The translations under genes and the position numbers were made by a program. The notes under the pieces are model-generated. The model saw only the letters and a list, made by a program, of their open reading frames with translations, ran no database searches and was not told the DNA's origin. This document shows positions 1 through 4,771 of a stretch of DNA of 4,771 nt, one piece after another (the stretch's first letter is position 1; each line of letters starts with the position of its first letter). The stretch is from a virus (lineage: Duplodnaviria; Heunggongvirae; Uroviricota; Caudoviricetes), in the IMG/VR virus record IMGVR_UViG_2778261502_000006, one strand, 5' to 3'.

Positions 1-315
1 TTATACACTTTGCTGTGGGATTTTCACGATTGAGGTACCATCAAATCGCCAGGTTAAATCAGCGTCAAAACCAGCAGGTAAAGCTTCAACTTCAGTCACT
101 GACATATCAACCGGGTACAGCATTGATACATCCTTTGCGCACGAACAAATAATACCGTCATCCCCATATACAATTTTCCAGGTATCTTCTCTGAATAACT
201 TTTGTGATTCGTACCAGTCATTGCCTTCATCATCACGAAGGTAAATGACTCCTGAAATGTATGTTTCTGGTGTGTAACGAGTCAGATTTTTTAACGTCAG
301 CATTTTGTTATCCAT
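1..315 (-). CDS. Tail-fibre assembly protein (Tfa; Mu U / P2 G family), N-terminal domain only, about 104 aa. Start ambiguous: ATG 313-315, TTG 316-318 or ATG 301-303.
   Basis: Minus-strand ORF ending TAA at 1-3. The segment DEGNDWYESQKLFREDTWKIVYGDDGIICSCAKDVSMLYPVDMSVTEVEALP matches the N-terminal signature I recall for Mu U / P2 G (EDGKNWYEE..PDT.K.VYD...I.....DVS..NP.....VEV). Its start overlaps the stop of an upstream tail-fibre-like frame (ATGGATAA), the usual stf-tfa coupling. The conserved C-terminal Tfa domain is absent. No clear SD. Confidence 0.6.
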   Translation of the reverse strand: MDNKMLTLKNLTRYTPETYISGVIYLRDDEGNDWYESQKLFREDTWKIVYGDDGIICSCAKDVSMLYPVDMSVTEVEALPAGFDADLTWRFDGTSIVKIPQQSV

Positions 316-544
316 CAATTGTTACCCAATTGCCATTCAGTCTCACCTGCATCGGCGCCACGCGTATTGCTGAAATTGTGATGTAGGTATCATTACTCAG
401 ATTGGTTAGCCCACACAGGAATGAACCACCAGGGGCGTCATAAGATTTTGACTCTCCACCACTACCACCTGGTGTTGCAATGGATGTGATAGCACCGCGC
501 CGGAACCCGCTAGGGTTACAGGTGGTTGTGGAACTGGTCGATAG
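308..544 (-). pseudogene. 3' remnant of a side tail-fibre (stf-like) gene: 78 sense codons with no start codon, ending TAA 308-310.
   Basis: Minus-strand frame is open from 544 to 311, bounded upstream by TGA (545-547). Translation is Gly/Ser/Thr-rich (...NPSGFRRGAITSIATPGGSGGESKSYDAPGGSF...NGNWVTIDG*) and ends 5 nt inside the tfa start, as tail-fibre genes do. The upstream body of the gene is missing. The tail-fibre call rests on position and composition only. Confidence 0.35.
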
Positions 545-632
545 TCATCCCTAAATCGGAAGCCATACCTAAGCGACCATGCTTGTGTGCCTTACACATC
601 AGGCGGATTGCTGTATTTATGCTGTCTACCAT
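516..632 (-). CDS. Small HTH-like protein, possibly a truncated cII-like regulator (38 aa from ATG 630-632; the longer 62-aa ORF from ATG 702-704 would overlap the cro 3' end).
   Basis: ATG at 630-632 is preceded by GAGGGA with an 8-nt spacer. It lies 31 bp downstream of the cro stop on the same strand, the lambda cII position. The product MVDSINTAIRLMCKAHKHGRLGMASDLGMTIDQFHNHL has a helix-turn-helix-like segment but is too short for a full cII, and its 3' end overlaps the tail-fibre remnant frame. Confidence 0.35.
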   Translation of the reverse strand: MVDSINTAIRLMCKAHKHGRLGMASDLGMTIDQFHNHL

Positions 633-663
633 GTTGATTTCCCTCTGGTAGTTAATAATCAAC

Positions 664-921
664 TTAAAGTTGACTATTGTTGTTAGCGGAAGGTATGCCG
701 TCATTTTTGTTCGGATAAATATCAGGTCGTAATTGATGGGGAGTTACTACCCATCCGCCCCATTGGCAGAGTTGAATAACTCTTTCAGAAGGTACTCGGT
801 TCTTTGCAATCCAGTTCGCAACAGATTGAACTGATTGGAATTCAAACCGCCTTGATACCTCTGAAATCGACCCGATCGCCTTCACAGCTTTAGCTGTTAC
901 ATTCTTGTGTTGAGATGACAT
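664..921 (-). CDS. cro: Cro-like DNA-binding repressor (Cro/YdaS-type HTH), 85 aa.
   Basis: ATG 919-921 is preceded by AGGAGA with a 5-nt spacer (reverse complement of 926-931); stop TAA 664-666. The segment FQSVQSVANWIAKNRVPSERVIQLCQWGGWVVTPHQLRPDIYP resembles the Cro/YdaS helix-turn-helix pattern (...S.W....RVP.ER...I...TGG.VT..ELRPD). It is divergent from the CI-like gene. The track ORF 664..978 adds an N-terminal extension with no RBS. Confidence 0.75.
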   Translation of the reverse strand: MSSQHKNVTAKAVKAIGSISEVSRRFEFQSVQSVANWIAKNRVPSERVIQLCQWGGWVVTPHQLRPDIYPNKNDGIPSANNNSQL

Positions 922-1026
922 GTGTTCTCCTATGACTAAGCCTGCATCAATACTACTTATGGTAGCAATTATTAGCAACTTAAAATAGAAATGACAACTA
1001 TGCCTTGTGCGCTTAATCTTCTACTT
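922..1026. promoter_or_regulatory. Divergent cro / cI promoter-operator region.
   Basis: Intergenic between divergent repressor genes. CTAC-N5-GTAG dyad CTACTTATGGTAG at 953-965 and related CTACTTATGGTGG at 1021-1033. A -10-like TAAAAT at 981-986 sits just upstream of ATG 991 on the plus strand. A -35-like TTGTCA lies on the minus strand (reverse complement of 992-997). Promoter assignments are by eye. Confidence 0.5.
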
Positions 1027-1710
1027 ATGGTGGAAAATGCTAAATACAAAGACTTTGCCGAAAGGCTAAACAGGTCTCTCCAAGAGCAATCTATTGGAGT
1101 TAAAGAATTGTCAGAGTTCAGTGGTGTCTCGTATGAGATGGCGCGGCGCTACACTCTTGGTACTGCAAAGCCGAGAGATGAGAAGATGATTCGAATTGCA
1201 GAAAGACTTGCCGTCTCACCGGCTTATCTTGATTATGGTGTGCCTGTTAATGGTGGCGACGCGCCAGCCAAAGGCACGGTCAGAATAGAGCAATTGGATG
1301 TTCATGCTTCAGCCGGTTCCGGATATATAAACCAACCATTCCCTACAATAGTGAGCTCAATAGAGATTCCAGAAGAGAGGATCTTCGAGTTGTTTGGTCG
1401 TAGAAGCCTTGATGGCATCGTCATGATAAATGTTGATGGCGATAGCATGATGCCCACGCTTTGCCCAAAGGACCTGCTTTTCATAGACAGCAAGGTTGAA
1501 CAATTCAGCGGCGACGGCGTTTATGTGTTCAATTTTGAAGACAGTACGTTCGTTAAACGTTTGCAGAAGGTAAAAGGGCGTCGACTGGCAGTTCTTTCAG
1601 ACAATGAACATTACCCGCCCTTCTTCATAGAGGAGCATGAAATGAATGAACTATACATATTCGGCAAGCTAATCAGATGCTTACCTCTAAAAATGATAGA
1701 GTTTGGCTAA
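991..1710 (+). CDS. cI: CI-like prophage repressor: N-terminal HTH plus C-terminal S24 (LexA-like) autopeptidase domain; 239 aa, or 227 aa if it starts at ATG 1027.
   Basis: Full-length ORF with stop TAA 1708-1710. HTH-like region (SIGVKELSEFSGVSYEMARRYTLG). S24 signature with nucleophile Ser in GDSM (VDGDSMMPT) and general-base Lys in FVKRL. Candidate Ala-Gly cleavage site in HASAGSG. No SD before ATG 991, so possibly leaderless like lambda cI. Confidence 0.9.
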   Translation: MTTMPCALNLLLMVENAKYKDFAERLNRSLQEQSIGVKELSEFSGVSYEMARRYTLGTAKPRDEKMIRIAERLAVSPAYLDYGVPVNGGDAPAKGTVRIEQLDVHASAGSGYINQPFPTIVSSIEIPEERIFELFGRRSLDGIVMINVDGDSMMPTLCPKDLLFIDSKVEQFSGDGVYVFNFEDSTFVKRLQKVKGRRLAVLSDNEHYPPFFIEEHEMNELYIFGKLIRCLPLKMIEFG

Positions 1711-1726
1711 TAATTAATTCATCAAG

Positions 1727-1750
1727 AAACCGGCGAAAGCCGGTTTTTTT
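1727..1750 (+). terminator. Rho-independent terminator downstream of cI.
   Basis: AAACCGGC-GAAA-GCCGGTTT stem with GNRA-type tetraloop followed by a run of 7 T. On the minus strand the same hairpin is followed by TTTCTT, so it may act in both directions. Confidence 0.75.
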
Positions 1751-1802
1751 ACGCCTCCAATTCCTCACCTCATAACACTACACTACTAAAAATTTCATTT
1801 TT

Positions 1803-1845
1803 CTACTTTTTGTTGTTGCAATTATCTACTTAAAGTAGCTATAGT
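1803..1845 (+). promoter_or_regulatory. Candidate sigma70 promoter with an embedded operator-like dyad.
   Basis: -35-like TTGCAA (1816-1821), 18-bp spacer, -10-like TATAGT (1840-1845). The spacer contains the perfect dyad CTACTT-A-AAGTAG (1826-1838), the same CTAC-N5-GTAG pattern as in the cI/cro intergenic region. A partial site CTACTTTTTGTTG lies at 1803-1815. Confidence 0.3.
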
Positions 1846-1941
1846 CATTGCATCGAAAGCGAACAGGCAGGACGCCCACGAAGTAGCCGCCGGTGGCGTA
1901 TGAATAACCGGATGATTCGCACAATGTCTGATGGAGGGATT

Positions 1942-2166
1942 ATGGATAGTAAAGAACCAAAGATTTCAGCCGGCGGTATGTCGAACGATGAACTGCTTGC
2001 CTGGATGAAAAATAAAACTAAAGCGGTTGAGGAACTCAAATCCGCTTTAGCTCATAAGGAATTTCTGGAAGAGCAGCTTCAGATTAATGCCGCGGAGATT
2101 GAAAGACTTACTCCACAAGCATGTATGAATATTCTTTTGAGTGATCAGGATTCCATTCCCCATTGA
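1942..2166 (+). CDS. Hypothetical small protein, 74 aa, predicted helical / coiled-coil (track ORF begins at 1900).
   Basis: ATG 1942 is preceded by GGAGGG (1933-1938). Product MDSKEPKISAGGMSNDELLAWMKNKTKAVEELKSALAHKEFLEEQLQINAAEIERL... is charged and helical. Its last 59 nt overlap the 3' end of the convergent 175-aa gene, so one of the two may be non-coding there. Confidence 0.3.
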   Translation: MDSKEPKISAGGMSNDELLAWMKNKTKAVEELKSALAHKEFLEEQLQINAAEIERLTPQACMNILLSDQDSIPH

Positions 2167-2635
2167 TGAAGTCATCAAAGGAAGATTCCCAAACATTTGC
2201 ATGAATTTTATCTAAAAAGCCCCTATATGACTGTGGAAGTTTTTCCAAAACAAGGTGGTGCTGAACGGCAATGATGACATCTTCGAGATCCATCTTTCTT
2301 ATTTGCTCGCCAGGCCAGCTGTAAGTCTTATTTAGCAAGTGGATGATTGCAGATTTTCCCTTGAGAGGGCTGAAAATGGTTCCATGCTCCTGACGGTGGA
2401 TGGCGAGCATGACATCTAGCGTAGTAAGAAGGATGGCTCTGTTTTTTACTTTATGTAGCTCATCTTGAGAAACAGCTCCCATCTGAGGGATGTCTCTTAC
2501 TGAATGAATGGTCGCTATATGCGCCTTGAAGATTGCTGAATAGAAAGCGGTGCTCATTATTTTATCCTTCTTGGCTGTGTAGGAACTCCAAGATACCACC
2601 GAGCCTGATGTGGTGAAAAGACAGGCACACAACAT
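2108..2635 (-). CDS. Hypothetical accessory protein, 175 aa (149 aa if started at ATG 2555-2557); no family recognised.
   Basis: Minus-strand ORF, opposite to the cI-int strand. ATG 2633-2635 is preceded by AAGGAG with a 9-nt spacer; internal ATG 2555-2557 is preceded by AAGGA with a 7-nt spacer. No transmembrane segment or motif I recognise. It sits between the immunity and integration modules, where lambdoid phages carry exclusion genes. Confidence 0.55.
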   Translation of the reverse strand: MLCACLFTTSGSVVSWSSYTAKKDKIMSTAFYSAIFKAHIATIHSVRDIPQMGAVSQDELHKVKNRAILLTTLDVMLAIHRQEHGTIFSPLKGKSAIIHLLNKTYSWPGEQIRKMDLEDVIIAVQHHLVLEKLPQSYRGFLDKIHANVWESSFDDFINGEWNPDHSKEYSYMLVE

Positions 2636-2703
2636 GAAAGCGCACTCCTTTACTTACCAGTTATGGGTGACAGGTGTGAAACAGGTGGAGTGCGCTTCCA
2701 GTT

Positions 2704-2780
<77 letters not shown>

Positions 2781-2832
2781 GAATCACGTAGTTCTCGTGA
2801 TCCAAGGAAGTAAGAAAGCTGTGTGGAGTCTT

Positions 2833-2878
2833 GGCGGTACCAGTACCAACCTTTGAAGTCCCTGGTACCGCCCTTTTT
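2833..2878 (+). terminator. Rho-independent terminator downstream of the tRNA.
   Basis: Perfect 11-bp inverted repeat GGCGGTACCAG (2833-2843) / CTGGTACCGCC (2862-2872) with an 18-nt loop, followed by CTTTTT (2873-2878). The long loop is atypical. Confidence 0.55.
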
Positions 2879-2963
2879 ACTCAACTGAAAGCGCGTTCTG
2901 TCCCTTGTCATTAAGTGCCAGTTCGTTAAATCCAAAACCAGCGGAACGCGCTTTCAATTGAGT
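2879..2963. repeat. Long inverted repeat: 20-bp arms with one mismatch, 45-bp spacer.
   Basis: Arm 2879-2898 (ACTCAACTGAAAGCGCGTTC) pairs with 2944-2963 (GAACGCGCTTTCAATTGAGT); the single mismatch is C2885 against T2957. It lies immediately after the terminator T-run and is not followed by a T-run itself. Confidence 0.6.
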
Positions 2964-3124
2964 GGAGAAACTAACCGGCGATTGCAGTCGCCCGTTTCAC
3001 TAAGTGCCTCTTCATGGGGCATTTACTGAAACGAAACCCAAACTTTTATTCGCCTTTTGGCGAGGGATTCGTGCAACCAAAATTCAGCGCCGTGCAGGGC
3101 GCATATAACACGGAGAAACTAACC

Positions 3125-3289
3125 ATGACGACCACACAGAACGTCACTGAGTTACAACCACGTATGACCAGAGAGCAACTGATCGATGCAGCTCGTAAAG
3201 CGGCCCCTCTTCTTCCGGTTGCTTACCGCGGGATCATGACAGAACTGGCTACGCCGACTGAAAGCCGATGTAGCATGGTGGAAATCTGA
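3125..3289 (+). CDS. Hypothetical small protein, 54 aa (track ORF 3014..3289 has an unsupported N-terminal extension).
   Basis: ATG 3125 is preceded by GGAG (3112-3115) with a 9-nt spacer. Product MTTTQNVTELQPRMTREQLIDAARKAAPLLPVAYRGIMTELATPTESRCSMVEI. Its 3' end overlaps a second open frame (from 3240). Confidence 0.4.
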   Translation: MTTTQNVTELQPRMTREQLIDAARKAAPLLPVAYRGIMTELATPTESRCSMVEI

Positions 3290-3311
3290 AGCTGAGTACT
3301 GTAAGGCGCGA

Positions 3312-3500
3312 GTGTTCGAACTGGCAAACGAAATTGCTGAACTAAGAAGCATGGTGATTCGTGTACCAATGCCGGTAATGGTGCCAGTAGAGATACTTCA
3401 TCAGCTAAATGGGAAGGGATCGAAAGAATATCCATTATGTCGCAATTGCAACGATGGAACCCGTCACGGGTGTTCATCGTGTGCTTACAGAATGAAGTAA
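3312..3500 (+). CDS. Hypothetical small Cys4 (zinc-ribbon-like) protein, 62 aa from GTG 3312 (49 aa from ATG 3351).
   Basis: The frame is open from 3240. GTG 3312 is preceded by AAGG (3303-3306). C-terminus CRNCNDGTRHGCSSCAYR gives C-x2-C-x7-C-x2-C. It is followed by hairpin AACCGG-GTGCAG-CCGGTT (3499-3516), just upstream of the xis SD. Confidence 0.4.
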   Translation: MFELANEIAELRSMVIRVPMPVMVPVEILHQLNGKGSKEYPLCRNCNDGTRHGCSSCAYRMK

Positions 3501-3533
3501 CCGGGTGCAGCCGGTTTAAGTGGAGAACTATGT

Positions 3534-3761
3534 ATGAGCGGACAAATCCAACGTTTTCTTACTCCTGATGACCTCTATCAATTAACTGGTTATCGTCGAC
3601 CTTCCCTACAGTGTAAGGCTCTGAGGGATAGTGGAGTTTTTTTTATCCCACGTAAGGACGGCAGACCTGGAACTACATGGGATCATGTATCAAACCCGGT
3701 TGGCCTTAAGTTGATAGTGAGCAATCCAGAGGAAGAAGAACCAAACTTTAAGGATATGTAA
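3534..3761 (+). CDS. xis: Excisionase (lambda Xis-like), 75 aa.
   Basis: ATG 3534 is preceded by GGAGA (3522-3526) with a 7-nt spacer. Stop TAA 3759-3761 overlaps the int ATG (TAATG), as in lambda xis-int. Similarity to lambda Xis is by remembered pattern (RRPRSL...PP.KDGR against RRPSLQ...IPRKDGRP). Confidence 0.7.
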   Translation: MSGQIQRFLTPDDLYQLTGYRRPSLQCKALRDSGVFFIPRKDGRPGTTWDHVSNPVGLKLIVSNPEEEEPNFKDM

Positions 3762-4771
3762 TGTCTAGAGCTCGCAAAAACCCTGATGATAACTGGATGC
3801 CTCCCCGCGTTCGCCGGGGAAAATCTGCTTATGAGTTTCGTACCACAGATGGTCGTACCATCAGGTTGTGCAATCCTGAGCTAACAAAATCGCAGGTATG
3901 GGCAGCTTACGAAAACTTCATAAACGATTTAAAGGTTGGTACGAACTTCAACGCACTTTGTGAAGAGTTCTTTAATTCCGGTGATTTCCACGAGTTAGCA
4001 ACTGAAACACGTAAAGACTACAGAAAATACGGTTCAAAGGTAAATGTTGTCTTCGGGAAAATGAAGCCGGATAACATCAAGCCAGAGCACATCAGAAAAT
4101 ACATGGATAAACGAGGTGTTAAGAGCAGAGTTCAGGCAAACCGCGAGAAAGCATTTATGTCCAGGGTGTTTCGGTGGGCATACGAACGAGGAAAGGTGAA
4201 GATGAATCCTTGCCAGGGCGTTAAGCAATTTAAAGAGCAGGCTCGAACCCGTTATATTAGCGATAGAGAATATGATGCACTTTATAGCGTAGCTTCTGTT
4301 CCAGTAAAAGTTGCAATGGAATTGGCATATCTATGTTGCGCCCGCCAGGGAGACATTCTTGACCTCAAAAAGAGTCAAATATTGAGCGAAGGAATTTTAA
4401 TTCAGCAGAGTAAAACCGCAGTTAGCCAGATCAAGGCCTGGACAAAACGTCTGGAGGATGCCGTTAATCTTGCTGACAGCATTCCTCTTAATAGCGGGAT
4501 GGTAAGTATTTTTGTCATCCACCAGCCATCAGGTCTGCGATACACACGCGATGCTTTTAATGCGCAATGGATGAAGACTAAAAAAATTGCTGCTGAAAAA
4601 TATCCAGACCTCGATTTCCAGTTCACTTTCCATGATCTAAAAGCCAAAGGAATTTCTGATCTTGAAGGTACGCTTAGTGAGAAGCAGGAAATTTCAGGTC
4701 ATAAAAACGCCTCGCAAACAGCGAGATATAACCGAAGAATTTCAGTTGTTCCGGTCGTCGGGGGGCAGTAA
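3761..4771 (+). CDS. int: Tyrosine recombinase / lambda-family phage integrase, 336 aa.
   Basis: Full ORF with stop TAA 4769-4771; AAGGA SD 6 nt upstream. Arm-binding-like basic N-terminus. Catalytic-domain blocks align with lambda Int: LAMELAYLCCARQGDIL (box I Arg), IQQSKTAV (Lys), FTFHDLKAKG (box II His), GHKNASQTARYNRR (His and nucleophile Tyr). Confidence 0.95.
   Translation: MSRARKNPDDNWMPPRVRRGKSAYEFRTTDGRTIRLCNPELTKSQVWAAYENFINDLKVGTNFNALCEEFFNSGDFHELATETRKDYRKYGSKVNVVFGKMKPDNIKPEHIRKYMDKRGVKSRVQANREKAFMSRVFRWAYERGKVKMNPCQGVKQFKEQARTRYISDREYDALYSVASVPVKVAMELAYLCCARQGDILDLKKSQILSEGILIQQSKTAVSQIKAWTKRLEDAVNLADSIPLNSGMVSIFVIHQPSGLRYTRDAFNAQWMKTKKIAAEKYPDLDFQFTFHDLKAKGISDLEGTLSEKQEISGHKNASQTARYNRRISVVPVVGGQ

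Noticed and set aside
1-560. A Gin/Pin/Cin-type invertible tail-fibre segment explaining the truncated tail-fibre and tfa genes.
   Set aside because: No recognisable pair of inverted ~26-bp crossover sites and no invertase gene in the window. The neighbouring genes are cro/cII-like, which fits deletion better than inversion.
611-626. LexA (SOS) box-like sequence CTGTATTTATGCTGTC.
   Set aside because: The right half is TGTC rather than ACAG, so it is not dyad-symmetric, and it lies inside coding sequence. SOS control is more plausibly through CI autocleavage.
1302-1493. 63-aa minus-strand ORF.
   Set aside because: Entirely antisense within the well-supported CI repressor gene; no RBS.
1845-2039. 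64-aa minus-strand ORF.
   Set aside because: Overlaps the candidate promoter and 5' end of the plus-strand small ORF. Low-complexity Ser/Leu-rich product and no RBS, though an antisense transcript from the 175-aa gene may cross this region.
3314-3321. GTTCGAAC shared with the tRNA T-loop, as a possible att-core or tRNA fragment duplicate.
   Set aside because: A palindromic 8-mer with no extended flanking similarity; expected by chance.
3152-3477. Two overlapping minus-strand ORFs (3152..3352 and 3223..3477).
   Set aside because: Antisense to the small plus-strand ORFs that have SD sequences and are co-oriented with xis-int; no convincing RBS on the minus strand.
4034-4647. Minus-strand ORFs 4034..4228 and 4402..4647.
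   Set aside because: Both lie antisense inside the integrase gene, which has clear family motifs.

Overview
The window reads as a stripped-down lambda-type (lambdoid) prophage or cryptic prophage remnant, annotated from sequence alone with no database search. Left to right: a tail-fibre assembly gene (minus strand, N-terminal domain only), a start-less 3' remnant of a tail-fibre gene, a short cII-like ORF, a Cro-like gene (minus), a divergent promoter/operator region, a CI-like repressor with a LexA-type S24 autopeptidase domain (plus), a strong intrinsic terminator, an accessory region (1.75-3.5 kb) and a translationally coupled excisionase-integrase pair (plus). Replication, lysis, head and tail genes are absent, so the early region appears fused directly to the tail-fibre 3' end. 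The accessory region is the best place to look for something undescribed: it holds a 175-aa gene of unknown function on the opposite strand with its own ribosome-binding site, convergently overlapping a small coiled-coil ORF behind a promoter that carries a repressor-operator-like dyad. It also holds a tRNA-Arg(UCU) with an unusual acceptor stem, a cluster of hairpins including a 20-bp inverted repeat, and two small ORFs (one Cys4 zinc-ribbon-like) in overlapping frames. The integrase appears to have Lys in place of the conserved box II Arg. All protein-family calls rest on remembered family signatures and need confirmation.
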